Assembly: GCF_006345805.1 (NCBI RefSeq)
Contig: NC_043003.1
Location: 51,832,001-51,896,000, forward strand
Length of the DNA stretch: 64,000 bases
Direction: 5' to 3'
DNA from: Octopus sinensis
Lineage: Eukaryota
Shown here piece after piece: positions 38,482 through 52,161 of this stretch. The notes under the pieces are model-generated. The model was not told the DNA's origin and made no database searches. It saw only the letters and a list, made by a program, of their open reading frames with translations. Made by a program: the position numbers and the translations under genes. How positions within the stretch are numbered: the first letter of the stretch is position 1; each line of letters opens with the position of its first letter.

Positions 38482-38670
38482 CAGTGCCGGATTTAGGACA
38501 ATTGAGGCCCTGTTCTACTCAAGTTATGAGGCCCCTTACTTGGACAGTCAGGTATACATGCTTAGAAAATTTAGGAGTAGTTGAAATTTTAGGGGCAGGA
38601 AGATGGGCCTCCTTAGTCAACGGGGCCCTGTGCTTAAGCTCACCAAAGTACAATGGTAAATCCGGCACTG
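38482..38670. mobile_element. 189-bp hAT (Tip100-like) MITE
   Basis: Perfect 14-bp TIRs CAGTGCCGGATTTA and TAAATCCGGCACTG. 8-bp TSD atctgact / atctgacc. Confidence 0.9.
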
Positions 38671-39179
38671 ATCTGACCATATGAAAGCGAGATAAATACT
38701 TCATTTTGATAATCTTTACCCTAGATCTTGCTTATTGACATGGAAAATGATGTAGGTATGGTAGGGAATTGATACCATCTTAAAGTGAAGGGCAAATCTG
38801 TATCGAATGATTGCATGATGATACATGGAATCACAAAGAACGTGCTGCATCGACACTAGTAATTTTAATTGTTCTTAGAGAAGTGTCTGATTTCTTGACA
38901 ATGGTTGTTTGAAACGAATCAATCAGCTATCTTTTTGAAATGATGAAAAAGAAAGAACTAAGGTGGTAGTGAATCTGGGTTATTTGTGTGTTGAGAAGAA
39001 AGAAGGAATTATGGAAGGTAAGAGAGAAGGAAAGAACAAACAGAGACGGAAGGATAGAAAGAGAAAAAAGATTGGAAGAAAAAACCAGAGAGAAAAGAGA
39101 CAAAGAAGGAAAGTGATAGATGGGGAATAAAAGAGAAAAAGAAGGAAAGAAAGAAGAACAGAAAGAGTGAATGAAAACC

Positions 39180-39225
<46 letters not shown>

Positions 39226-39868
39226 GAAGTGAAGAAAAAAGAGAGGAGGAAAGGGGGAAAAACAAAGAGAGAAAAATTAAAGAGAGTAAACGAAAATGGG
39301 AGAAGACACAGAAAGTGAGACTGAATGAGAAAAAGAAAAAGGAAAGATAGGAAAGAGAAGTAAAAGAGAGAAGGAATGAAGAAAATGAAAAAAAGAAACA
39401 GTGAGATGGCAGAGAGAGAAGGGGGGTGGAGAGAGAGAAAGTTAGATGGAAATCACGAACCGAACCGGCAGTTGTATAATAGAACGACTGATTTCGGGTT
39501 TGCAACGAACGGTATCATCAATAATTTTTAACATTACGTTTATTTTCCCCCTTCTGCAAAATAGACCGTTGAGAGAATTTAGAAACATTCTGCTCAAACT
39601 ACGGTTTTAAATTGTTTTAAAATTAGATATTTTCTACAGTCATCAATCAAATCACTTTCGTGCAGAAAGATATGCTGAGTTGAAGTGAGGGTGTGAGTAT
39701 TAGCGACGTGATCGGGAGATTTATTTATATATTAATCGCTCTCTTCTGTAGTCACTTTGGTTGTCACTGGAGTTAGAATAATGATTGCTACCTTTGACAG
39801 AATTCTAAAAAGGAAAAAGCCACTCACCCCACCAAAAAAAAATAAATAAATAAAAACAATCAACAACA

Positions 39869-40231
39869 GGCGTAGGAGTGGCTGTGTGGTAAGTAGCTTG
39901 CTTACGAACCACATAGTTCCAGGTTCAGTTCCACAGCGTGGCACCTTGGGCAAGTGTCTACTACTATAGCCTCGGGCCGACCAAAGCCTTGTGAGTGGAT
40001 TTCGTAGACGGAAATTGAAAGAAGCCCGTCGTATATATGTATATAGGGAGAGTTTACGAAAAAAACAAAAGAGGAAGACAGGTGTACAAAACAGACAAAT
40101 GCTCAGGAATAGAAAAAGTCTTTTACGTTTCGAGCCTACGCTCTTCTACAGAAAGGGACACAGAAAAAACAAGGAGAGAAGGAGAGAAAAAAAGGAAAGA
40201 AAAAGAGAAAAAGTGTGTGTAGTGGGTAACG

Positions 40232-40268
<37 letters not shown>

Positions 40269-40484
40269 GTGTGTGGTGTGTGTGTGTGTGTGTGTGAGTG
40301 TATGTTTGTCCTCCCAACATCGCTTGACAACCGATGCGGGTACGTCCGCGTAACTTAGCGGTTCGGCAAGAGAGACCGATAGAATAAGTACTAGTCTTAC
40401 AAAGAATAAGTCCTGGGTCGATTTGCTCGACTAAAGGCGGTGCTTCAGCATAGCTGCAGTCAAATGACTGAAACAAATAAAAGA
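39869..40484 (+). mobile_element. SINE family A full copy with a ~185-bp insertion in its internal tract
   Basis: Starts at ggcgtaggagtggctgtgtggtaag and ends at gactgaaacaaataaaaga. Extra sequence at 40043-40230. Confidence 0.9.
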
Positions 40485-42169
40485 AACAGTGCATTGTTGA
40501 AGTGGTTGAAATTTGGGAGGATTTTGTTCTTGTAACTCTTTAATTGCTTTATATACCGATGAAAGGACTTTTACGTTTTTTCTTTTGTTTTTCGGTACCA
40601 TTATAAACCTAGGTTTAAATGTAAAGACCAAGAGAAGAGAGGGCGAAATACTTAAGTCGTTTTAGCTCACGTATTTTTAGTACCGTTGATGTTGGTAATT
40701 ATTGTGTGTATCGGTGTTAGTGTTCAAGTGCCAGCCTTGATCATAAAAGCGAAACTCACCACTGTGAAAAATATCTTTTATTATCCGACAGTTAAATAAT
40801 ATTTTTCTGATGAGGTCTCACCAGTGTGTTCCCGCTCCTGTATTTTACTACGTACATTGACCTCAAGGGAACAGCTGACTTTCATAATAGAGCATGGTTG
40901 TTTTATATTTTTGGTCATAAACAGCATTATAAAATCGGTCCTGTTTTAATTTAGTCACCGTATCACTAAAGATCAGACTCACTACCCACCTCGTTCAATA
41001 ATTACTCAATTTAACTAATTAATATTTTGCGATAGTCTCCCCTGTAATTTTTTCTTGTTTAACATGAACTATCCATGGAGATGTGGCCCAGTGGTTGGGG
41101 TAGCGGATTCGGGTTATCCCGAGCGACGTGTTCTGGCCATCTTGGGTATATATATGCGAGTGGTGTGTGTGTGTGTGTGTGTGTGTGTGTTGTGTGTGTG
41201 GTGTGTGTGTGTGTGTGGATATGCTTGTATGTATGTTTGCATATATATGGTATGTGTGTACATAAGTATATGCGTACATATTCATGTATACATGTATATT
41301 TATATGTATTTATTTATATGTGTGCTTTTGTTTTTCATAAGATCAACCGCCACCAGAAACGATGCAGGAGAGAGAGAATCATAAGACATGACTTAAGTTT
41401 CCTAAATCACGACTAAGCAGTCGTCTTTTTTTTGAAACAAAAAAAAATAATGCATCAGAAAAGAAGTAAAGCAAAGAACAAGAAAAATCAAAACTTACAC
41501 GACTGAAATCCCTTAGGACCTCCAGAAATGCCAGCACTGATATTCAACTACTGTCAACGTTGTCAAATAGCAAGAAATTGAGACTAAATAAGTTCCACAA
41601 CAATATCAGACCTAACAAAAGTCCTCCAGAGACATCATCCCGTAGACCTATTATTTTTTGTGCTCCTTTGAAAATATCTAAAAGACTAGTTCTCTACACG
41701 ACTAACACTTATTCTTTGTTCTTATACCGCCATATTAATCTAGCTATTTTTTTTTCTTAAAGTACCTTGATTCTTGGCATCGGTTTAAGGCTGTAAGTTT
41801 GCAATGAGTGAAATGTAGGAATAGAGTTATTTGATTCCAGCCTCTAGCACATTGCTTGTAGTCACATTGTCGGAGAGATGAAAGGCACAGCTGCTTCTGG
41901 CTGGATTTGAATACAGAACGAAGAGAGACGAAACTAAATACTCAAAGTCATTTAGTTCGGGGTTTCATCGTTTCTGTCACTCTACTGCTTTCTCAAAACA
42001 TTACAATTGTATAACTCGCAGATATTCCCGAGAGTTATTTATATTAATCACAAATATTTTGTCTATATGCTCCTATACGTGCCTACTTTGTGGTGGGTGC
42101 CTGTATGCAATACGTTTAATATGAAACAGATTTCTGCACACACCATCCATCTCATACAGCATGTTATCA

Positions 42170-42320
42170 AAACCCAAAGCCCGCATCCAATTGTAAGAGA
42201 GCTAGAAAGATTCGATTTGATGAATTCTGAACTGAGATTTAATATCAGATTAGCTTCAGACAAACAGGACGAGTCAACACTACGAGCTAACAAACTACTT
42301 GGCATAATTAAACAATTGTA
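42170..42320 (+). mobile_element. CR1/L2-like RT C-terminal fragment
   Basis: ...SELRFNIRL....STLRANKLLGIIKQL resembles LKF..HI...KAN..LG.IKR. Confidence 0.45.
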
Positions 42321-42324
42321 GAGC

Positions 42325-43114
42325 TGTTAGCTAACTCCTCCTACATCGTTTTATCGATTTTGATGAAACTTGATACGTGAGTGGAACTCATGTCTGGAAA
42401 CCTCATGGCATAATCAGATTGTTGAAAATAATTCGATAATAGGACCCCTAGAAGGGATCCTTATATATAACCAAGGGAAATAACCCATTCATTTTCCTAA
42501 ATTATTTGGTAAAAAGGAAAATGTGTATGCTTATTTCTTAGTATTTGAACTGTTAGAGTTATTTTCGCAATTTATCCAGTACAACCTTTACACATATAAA
42601 TAGTATTTTCCTAAACAATAGATCCACTTATTTCGGTTAGTGACTTATTCACGAATATACCAACACTAGCATTCCTGAAGGTAATATTCTCTGGGAACTC
42701 AAAAAAGCCCTTATCAGAGTCATTTACTTTGAATTGTTATTATCTCATATCTGATTAGCCTGTTATTACGTAACATGCTTCATTATTTTAGTATACATAC
42801 CTTATTAGTATTTCCATTTATATTCTGTATCCTTTGGGATCGCATTAAAGCCCTTTTCCGGGCTACTTTATTTGAATACTTACTATCGGGTAACTAATTT
42901 CATGATATTAGATAACTTACTTCACAACTTGGGTATTCATAACATATTGGGAATTCCTAAAAACAAGATCCTGTGCATTCTCTGCAATTGTACAAAAAAG
43001 CGTTTTAAGGGCTACATACTTTGTATTGTTGTTATTGGATTAGCGAAACAATTATGAGAACGGAACCAAAGGTTAAGCCCCGCTTTCCCGGGAATTTACG
43101 GCTACGCCAGCTAG
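42325..43114 (+). mobile_element. Non-autonomous Helitron-like element (3' end clear)
   Basis: Ends 'cccgggaatttacggctacgccagCTAG|T' at 43114. Internal 'cgattttgatgaaactt' is typical of non-autonomous Helitron/HINE bodies. Confidence 0.5.
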
Positions 43115-43119
43115 TATAT

Positions 43120-43530
43120 ATACTTTCTTTTACTCTCTTATCTACTACGTTTTCAGTCATTTGACTGCGGCCATGCTGGAGCACCCCTTTAGTCAGCAAA
43201 TCAACCCCAGGACTTATTCTTTGTAAGCCCAGTACTAATTCTATCCTCTCTTTTTGCCGAACCGCTAAGTGACGGCGACGTAAACACACAATCATCGGTT
43301 TCAAGCAATGCTAGAGGGACAAACACAGCACACAAACATATACAACACACACACATATATATATACATATATACGACGGGCTTCTTTCAGTTTCGCCTAC
43401 CAAATCCACTCACAAGGATTGGTCGGCCGAGGCTATAGTAGAAGACCCTTGCCCAACATGCATGCAGTGGGACTGAACCCGGAACCATTTGGTTGATAAG
43501 AAGCTACTTACCACACAGCCATCCTGCACC
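43120..43530 (-). mobile_element. SINE family A full copy
   Basis: Both halves present. Confidence 0.9.
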
Positions 43531-43724
43531 TATATGTATATACACACATAATATACACACACACACTATATATTTATATATATATATTCTATATATATAT
43601 ATACACATACATATATACATATATCATACATATATATATATATACCATATATATATACTATATATACATATATCTATATATATATATATACATATATACA
43701 TATATATATATACATACCTCATAT

Positions 43725-43766
<42 letters not shown>

Positions 43767-43814
43767 TATATCTATATATACATATATACAATATATATAC
43801 ATACTATATATATC

Positions 43815-44216
43815 TCTTTTCTCTTACTCTTTACTTGTTTCAGTCATTTGACTGCGGCCATGCTGGAGCACCGCCTTTAATCGAGCAACTCGCCCCGGGA
43901 CCTATTCTTTTGTAAGCCCAGTACTTATTCTATCGGTCCCTTTTGCCGAACCGCTAAGTAACGGGGACATAACACACCAGCATCAGTTGTCAAGCAATGA
44001 TAGGGGGACAAACACAGACACACACAAACACCACACACATATATACATATATACGACGGGCTTCTTTCAGTATCCGTCTACCAAATCCACTCACAAGGCT
44101 TTAGTCGGCCCGAGGCTATAGTAGAAGACACTTGCCCAAGGTGCCACGCAGTGGGACTGAACCCGGAACCATGTGGTTGGTAAACAAGCTACTTACCACA
44201 CAGCCACTCCCTGGCC
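43815..44216 (-). mobile_element. SINE family A full copy
   Basis: Both halves present; separated from the previous copy only by a (TA)-rich tract. Confidence 0.9.
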
Positions 44217-44235
44217 TATATATACATTACATACT

Positions 44236-44311
<76 letters not shown>

Positions 44312-44525
44312 ATATACATATATATAACATACATATATATATATACATATACACACACACACACACACACACACCACAACACACACATATATATTTCTAT
44401 ATACGTATGTATGTATAAAGGGTCGTTCTTGTTGCGCTAGTTTGTCCTTCGAGATCCTAAACGGTCGGTGAGTTAAAGTAATGCTGCTGTCGCCGTCACC
44501 TCCTATATCCACAAATAAAAATTCG

Positions 44526-44915
44526 GTGCAGGTATGGCTGCAACTATATGGTTTCCGGTTCAATCCCACTCCGCAGTACCTTGGCCAAGTATTGTCTACT
44601 ACAGCCCCGAGTGACCAATGTCTTGTGAATGGATTTGATAGACAGAAACTGTGCGGAAGCTCGTAGTGGTGTGTGTGTGTATTGTTTGTGTGTGTGTACA
44701 TATGTATGTGCGTGTGTTCTTGCATTTGTGCTTGCTCACCCTTCCCACTTACTCACGACATTTAACATGTCTCCGTAACATAGCAGTTCGGTAAAAGAAA
44801 CCTATAGAATACGTACAACACTTAAAAATAAATGAACCCAGTGGTCAATTTGTTCGACTAAACCATTGAAGGTAGAGCCCCAGCATGACTGCAGTACAAT
44901 GGCTGAAATAAGAAA
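44526..44915 (+). mobile_element. SINE family A degenerate full copy
   Basis: 'ggttcaatcccact...ccttggccaagt...' through 'ccccagcatgactgcagt...tggctgaaataagaaaaga'. Confidence 0.75.
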
Positions 44916-45057
44916 AGATTATATATATATATATATATATATCACACGTGATCACGTGACCGACCAGTCCATCAGATGTAGTTACACATCGCTGGTCACA
45001 ATGCGTTTGCATTGTTTTAGCCTTCGAATGACGCCACCCCACTGGCTAAGCGAGCAG

Positions 45058-45094
<37 letters not shown>

Positions 45095-45119
45095 ATATAT
45101 ATATATATATATATATATA

Positions 45120-45553
45120 TAGGTCGTCGTCGACTTACGACCAGAACTGGTTCCGACTGACTGGTCGTTAGTCGATTTAGTCATATATAGGCCTACATAG
45201 CTTTGTTTTACATGTTTTTACATTCTTAAGGTAAATTCTCAGGTAAAATTCACACAGCATTCTGTATTATACTATTATACTGACTTTAGTAAAAAATTTC
45301 GGAGTTTCAAGCACTCGCCTTATAGGCAAATATGAGGTTGCCTCCATGTTTCCACGACACAGTGGCGATCGATAACCTAACCGAGTGGGAGCGTTTGTTA
45401 GCAGACATCATCCGTAGACGGGTTAATTTCTAAGAAATTATACTCATTAGATTTCAGCTGGACTATATATTATTGCTGCCGGAAGCTGGCGCCCCAAATA
45501 TCGTAAAGTCGATCGGTTGTAAGTCGGACAGCTCGTTAGTTGACGACGACCTG
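45120..45553. mobile_element. Tigger-like MITE
   Basis: TIRs (t)aggtcgtcgtcgacttacgacc and gctcgttagttgacgacgacctg, flanked by TA within a (TA)n run. Confidence 0.8.
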
Positions 45554-45560
45554 TATATAT

Positions 45561-45601
<41 letters not shown>

Positions 45602-45615
45602 TACATATATATATA

Positions 45616-46873
45616 TCAGATCATCTCATAAGTTCTGTCCGATTTTACCTTTTTCAAAATTGAATGAAATTTAATAGTTTTTTAGAATGTCTAATGGAAT
45701 TAAAAATTACTTTTATGCATTTGTGTACATTTAAACTAATTATATATTATTTTACAGAATAATAGAATTAGAATTTCTTAGATTAAAACCCTTTCTAACA
45801 TGGAAGTATCCAAAGGGCATTTGAGGCATATAATGCTTTAGGAGTACAAAAAAGGAAACTCTGCAGCCGAAGCAACTCGAAACATGCACTCAGTTTATGG
45901 GAAAGAATGCTTGAATGAAAGAACTTGCAGAAGATGGTTTGCAAAATTCAGAAGTGGAGATTTCAGCCTTGAAGATGAAGATCGAACAGGACGTCCAGTT
46001 GAGTTTGATGATAAGCTCCTTGACGCATGACTTGAAAAAAATCCTGCATTATCAGTTGAAGAATTGGCAACAAAGCTTAGTTCAAACCATACAACTGTTC
46101 ATCGTCATCTTCAATAACTTGGAAAGGTTCCTAAACTTGGAAAATGGGTGTCTCATGAATTGTCTGAAAGCAACCGCAAACCCCGAGTTGACATTTGCTC
46201 TTCTCTCCATTCTCGCAAACTCATTTCATCCTTTTTCGATAGACTTGTGACTGATGAGGAAAAATGGATCTTCTATCAAAATGTTAAACGTCGTAAACAG
46301 TGGCTTGGTAAAAAAGAAAAAGCTCCACCATAACTGAGAATGGAACTTCATTGGAAAAAGGTTCTTCTCTCTATCTGGTGAGATTGCAAAGGTGTAATTC
46401 ACCTAATGTAACAATCAATGCTCAAGTCTACTGTCAGCAGTTAGAGAGTTTGAACCAAGCTTTGAAGAAAAAATCTGCTTTAGTGAATCGAAAAGGAGTG
46501 ACGTTTCACCAGGACAATGCGCGACCCCACACTGCAAAGATCACGAGACATATGATCGAAGAGCTTGGTTTGGAAAAAATTCCTCATCCACCTTATTCTC
46601 CCGACTTTGCTCCTTCAGACTACAATTTGTTTCGTAGTTTACAGAATCATTTGGGAGACATAGCTTTCGTAAACCAGGAGGAGGAGGTCGAAACTGACAT
46701 TTCAGAGTTTTTCGCTTTGAAACCAAAAGAGATGGGATTAAAAATTTTGTAAATAGATGAAAGAAAGTCATAGATAATCAGGGAAAGTACATTGATGATT
46801 AAATTTCAATTAAATATAACATTTGATCACTTGTTTTCTTTATTCAAAATTCGGATAGAACTTATGGGATGAC

Positions 46874-46877
<4 letters not shown>
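45616..46877 (+). mobile_element. Full-length inactive mariner element
   Basis: ~30-bp TIRs tcagatcatctcataagttctgtccgattt and aattcggatagaacttatgggatgacctga, with TA TSD. Confidence 0.95.
45800..46802 (+). pseudogene. Mariner transposase pseudogene
   Basis: MEVSKGHLRHIML*EYKKG...RRWFAKFRSGDFSLEDEDRTGRP, WVSHEL, TDEEKW, FHQDNARPH, HPPYSPDFAPSDY. Contains stops and frameshifts. Confidence 0.92.
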
Positions 46878-46956
<79 letters not shown>

Positions 46957-47014
46957 TCTATATATATAATATATATACTGGTGTATATATATATATTATC
47001 TATATATAGATATA

Positions 47015-47061
<47 letters not shown>

Positions 47062-47088
47062 ATAACATACATTATATATATATATTCT

Positions 47089-47115
<27 letters not shown>
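46878..47115. repeat. (TA)n/(GA)n microsatellite
   Basis: Visible directly in the sequence. Confidence 0.95.
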
Positions 47116-47120
<5 letters not shown>

Positions 47121-47587
47121 GGAAGACGAGATATAAAACTGCTATACGATATGCTAAAGACGTATTGTATGAGCCGTTTACACACACACACACTCACTTC
47201 GCGCACGCGTGTATATCCGCACATGCATGAAAATATGTATAACTTGTTGAGATATGTATAGCTAGATATTTCTGTAGATTCACATGTGTGTACTCGTTAT
47301 CTATAGCTTGTATTTAAAGGTTGACACTCGTAAGTTAGGTTGCTCGTATATATGAGGGAGTGAAAGGCGAGAGGTTCCTGCGCGTGTGTGTACATAAATA
47401 TATGTACACACATATGTATATATGTGTATATATACTCTCTCTATCTATACATACACACACATGCACACACATGTATGCATACGTGCATATATTTGTGTAC
47501 GTGTGTGTCTATATATGTGTTTCTACGCACATATATATGCATAGAAACTCACACACAGACACAAACACACACATATATGCACAAACG

Positions 47588-47622
<35 letters not shown>

Positions 47623-48261
47623 GCACACATACATGTACACACACACACACATCGACACGTATACACATATACTCACACGCTCGTGGTGTGATTGACATGA
47701 GCGCGCGCACACTCACCACACGTTCGCGTACTTATGGCGGACCACACACAGACTTGTAGCGGTGATGATGATGGTGGTGGTGGTGGTGGAACGGGTTATT
47801 ATGAAGGAGATATTAGTGCTGCTGCTACTGATGATGGTAGGGATGTCAGTGGCGTTGATGGTGGTGATGGTACTGGTGGTTATGATAGTTATGTTGAAGG
47901 TAGCAAACAGTAGCTTTGTGTGAAAAATTGGTTTCAACGGTTTTATATTTAATTGTGTTGTTGTGACGCTTGTTGTTCACAGCCCCGGTCAGGGCTAATG
48001 AGTTTAGATGCCTGATCATAATGTATTCTAACCATATCTATACCGATTGTTGCTTTCTATCTCTTTCTTTTTTTCTTTCATTCTTTTTTGTTGTAGACAG
48101 TGTTTCTATGACTACCTTATCAAATATGTTGATGTTCTTCCCTTTTTTAAAGATTGTGAGATATCATTTAAGGGAGATTAAGCTGTTATTTCTAGGAGAG
48201 TGGACGGCAACAAAGTGTCTCCGTCGGTGGGTTTTTTTTCGCGTTATGAAATAGAGAGAGG

Positions 48262-48296
<35 letters not shown>

Positions 48297-48613
48297 GAGA
48301 GAGAGAAAGAGAGTGAGCGAGGAGGGGTTAGGAGGATGTAAACATGTAGATAGAGATGTGAGGAGTTATAAGCGTATACCTCTTTGAGTACGCCTGCGCG
48401 TATTTGATGTGTGTGAGTGTTTTGTAGGACCGTGTGCTTGCACCCTCTTTTAAATGTATGTCTGTGTGCGCGTATGCATGTATTTATGTATGTATGTATG
48501 TTTACACACACACACATACACACACACCATATATGGATCAAAACATTTGGATTCAAATTCGTTAGTACTCCGAGAGTTTCAAGCGTGATATTAATCTTCA
48601 GCCATTTTAAATA

Positions 48614-48905
48614 TCTCTCTATATATAAAACTGAGAATGTGTGTCTGTCTGTCTGTGTGAATCCCTAAAACTTGAGAACTACACAACCAATTTCATTCAA
48701 ATTTTACACATGCCTTACTTAGGGTCCATGTAGTGTCATGGGCAAAAAAACCTTCTAACTTCTTGCCTAGAGCGAGCGCACAATAATATCATATCTTCTC
48801 CACTATTTCAGTATTACGTGTTAAAAGTGAAACAAAAACATCTCTATTGTAATGACAGATACTTTCACTTTAATTCTGAAACTATTAAAGTCAAACTATT
48901 ATATA
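48614..48905 (+). mobile_element. Non-autonomous Helitron-like 5' end
   Basis: A|TCTCTCTATATATAAAACTGAG...gtctgtctgtctg...ccaatttcattcaaattttacaca is a typical Helitron/HINE 5' organisation. Confidence 0.5.
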
Positions 48906-48910
48906 AGAGG

Positions 48911-49120
48911 GAAGAAGAAGAAGAAGAAGAAGAAGAAGAAGAAGAAGAAGAAGAAGAAGAAGAAGAAGAAGAAGAAGAAGAAGAGAAGAAGAAGAAGAAG
49001 AAGAAGAGAAGAAGAAGAAGAAGAAGAAGAAGAAGAAAGAAGAAGAAGGAAGAAAGAAGAGAAGAAGAAGAAGAAGAAGAAGAAGAAGAAGAAGAAGAAG
49101 AAGAAGAAGAAGAAGAAGAA
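48911..49120. repeat. (GAA)n trinucleotide array, ~210 bp
   Basis: Visible directly. It explains the poly-E/K/S/L ORFs. Confidence 0.97.
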
Positions 49121-49885
49121 AAAAAAACAAAAACAGCAGCAACAATAATATGAACAAAACGTAATTTGTAACTGAAATGATGACGTGCATATTTATTCTT
49201 AATACGTTCTGGTACATGTAAATACAAATATGCCAGTTCCTGTTGTTTACGTCATAGGAGAATAACTTCCTTTTACGACGACAGTGTGTCCATAACGTAC
49301 TCAGCTCATTAGCACAAGGGGTTCTGGGATAACAGTTTTTCAACATCTTATGTCTCGCCAGCCAGAAGCACCCGGACCTTTGAGCCTAAACGTTTCTTCT
49401 AACTGTCTGACAAAGTAAACTGCGGATGGGTGGTGATGTTATCTGTTCACTCTTGAAGAGCGTCTGTTGATTCTTTTCAAACTGGTTTTCAACAAGCTTT
49501 TGAACAGCGTTTTTGGTCCACTTGTCAGCGTTGACCACGCCGCAGCTGACGTTACATTTGTGTGAAAGATATCATACAGGTGATCAACAGTTGTCGCAAA
49601 ATGTCATCAAGGTAATACCTCCCGATGCAATGAAAGTGTGTCTTGAGATAAATATATAGAATTACCCTATAACTGAATGCGTCCATAAACATCAACACAA
49701 GCAATATTGATGAAATATTCTCATCAAAACTTTTATCAAGCGCAAAAAGGTGATATTTAGTTGTTTGAGACACATACATACATATATCATACATACATAC
49801 ATACATACATACATACATACATACATACATACATGCATGCATGCATACATGCATACATACATACATACATACATACATACATACA

Positions 49886-49915
<30 letters not shown>

Positions 49916-49917
<2 letters not shown>

Positions 49918-51186
49918 AGGTTGTCAAGAATGAAATTTGTAGAAAAGTAAAAAAGTTTGCTAATGTTTCATAAATACAAGGAATAGTTTTATTCATCAAA
50001 GTATGCACCCATATTGTCAATACACTTTTGCCATTCCAAAGGTAGCTAGTCCAGCTCGGAACTGTAAAAGCCTGGCAATCTAGAGTCATTAAAATCTTGG
50101 AAGGCCTGTTTTACAGCATCGTCAGAATTAAGTTTTTTTCCTGTCAAAAAGTTATCCAAATTCTGGAAGAAGCGGTAGTCGGTGGGGGAAAGATCAGGTG
50201 AGTATGGTGGATGATGGAGAACTTACAAGTACAACTCCTGTAGTTTCATCAATGTCATTTTTGCGATGTGTGGTCTGGCGTTGTCTTGCAATAAAATAGG
50301 AGTGGATCTGTTGACTAATCTAGGCTGTTTTTGTAAGTTTCTGCATCATTTGGTCCAATTGGCTGCAGTATACTTTGGCCGTGATTGATGAGCAAAGTTT
50401 AATGAAATCATAATGGAGCATACCTGCGCCAGAACACCGAACACACACCATCAGCTTCTTTTGATAAATTTTGCTTTTTGGACTGTTTTGGTGGCTCGTC
50501 TTTGTCCAACCACTCTGCTGCACATTTACGGTTGTTGTATTGGATCCAATACTCATTACATGTTACAATTCGATTAAAAAATTATTCATTTTTGTGGCGA
50601 GAAAGTAGCATAATACAGGCTTCCAAATGTTGCTATTTCTGATTTTCATTGAGTTCATGTGGAACCCACTTATCCAACTTTTTCACTTTACCGATTTGAA
50701 CTAGGTGAGTCAATACTGTTTGTTTGCTAACACTAAACAACAATAATCATTCACGGGCACTTTGAGATGGATCTGACTCGACGGTGGCTTTCAGATCGTC
50801 ATTATCCACCTTTGTTTCTGGTCGACGGTGTTGATCATTTGTGAGGTCAACGTTACCAGAACGAAATTTTGCAAACCTATTTGATACTGTCTGCTGTGTA
50901 ATAACATTAGAATAAAATACTCCGTTAATATTCTGAGCCGTCTGTAATGCTGTATTTCCAAGAAAGAACTCATATTTCAAAACTGTACAAATTTCTGATT
51001 TATATATACTTTGTAAAAACGATTTATAAATACTTTATAAAGCGCAAAGTGAGTTACAATAAAGAAATACATGTGTCAGGTTTCTAACAAAAAATAAAGA
51101 TTGTCAAAATATAATAAAAGCGCAAAATGTGCAGGTGACAAATTTTACCACATACCTTACGACAAATTTCATACTTGACGACCTAA
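49916..51186 (-). mobile_element. Full-length inactive mariner element (second subfamily)
   Basis: TIRs taaggttgtcaagaatgaaatttgt and acaaatttcatacttgacgacctaa, with TA TSDs. Inserted at the end of a (TACA)n array. Confidence 0.93.
49960..50990 (-). pseudogene. Mariner transposase pseudogene
   Basis: MKYEFFLG...RFAKFRSG, KLDKWVPHEL, LLQDNARPH, HPPYSPDLSPTDY. Disrupted. Confidence 0.9.
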
Positions 51187-51619
51187 TAGGTAATCTATTG
51201 GTGAACTACTTACACTCATATGATACGAACATCATCTTTTCACACATATCAGCGAAAGGCACATCCTATAATACTGAACCGCTTTATGTCGCCTGAGGAG
51301 ATTTCTTCTGTAATACGGGGTGCACGTGATTCCATTACATGGTTTCCCACCCACTAGAGAGTTGTACAAAAGTAAGCCAAAATGATTGTTGTCCTAAATA
51401 AAGCTTCCAATACACTCTGTCTTATTAATAATTTAGAATACGTGCATAGATATGTATGTATGTATGTATGTATGTTTGTATGTATGTATCTTTTATCTTT
51501 TACTTGTTTCAGTCATTAGACTGCGGCCATGCTGGAGCACCATCTTGAACATGCATGTATGTATGTGTGTGTATGTACGTACGTACATACACATAATAAA
51601 TAATTTGTTAGTGTCCCCA

Positions 51620-52161
51620 AGCCAGTTTATCGCAGCTTCAATGCGAAAGCTCAATCTTTGTACACAAAAGATCAGATTGAGGGCTACTGGATATCTGTAT
51701 GGGAACCAAAGGATGAATTCAGCAAACAAGCTGTATGGCTAAAAGAACTGAAGCAGGACTATTACCAGCATACCCAGCAAAAACGATGTGAAATAGACGG
51801 CGAAATATTGGAAACGGTTCTACAGAAAATATCAAACAGGAAATCTCCTGACGCAGACCATATAACAGGTTACTTGCTGAAGAATTTCACCTTTTATCGG
51901 TGAGATCTCATGCGGTTGAATGGAAAAAGTATCAAGGGTATATAAAAATTTCCCTAATTGTCATCAACTTCAACCACTTTCCTCATTCCTATCTGAAGGT
52001 TTTTGATAATAAACCACATGGATGGATTATCAAGGCTTTACAGTTAGACCAAGTCCTGCAGCCATTAGTGAGTGCTAATAAACACCTGACCAAGACTTGG
52101 TACACCCCTTTGCTCTTTAGGAATGATAAGGAGCAAATTGAGTCGGATAGAATTCACTACT
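51620..52161 (+). mobile_element. R4/Dong-type LINE RT, left arm
   Basis: EGYWISVWE...WLKELKQDY...KISNRKSPDADHITGYLLK, then KVFDNKPHGWIIKAL...KTWYT..IESDRIHY (RT domains 0-4). Confidence 0.8.

Noticed and set aside
48211-48241. Plus-strand 31-nt micro-exon candidate (tttctag|...|gtgggt)
   Set aside because: Isolated, with no supporting neighbouring exons.
48818-49346. Poly-E/K/R/S/L ORFs
   Set aside because: They are read-through of the (GAA)n array.
49230-49760. Possible transposase remnant
   Set aside because: No diagnostic motif could be recovered in any frame.
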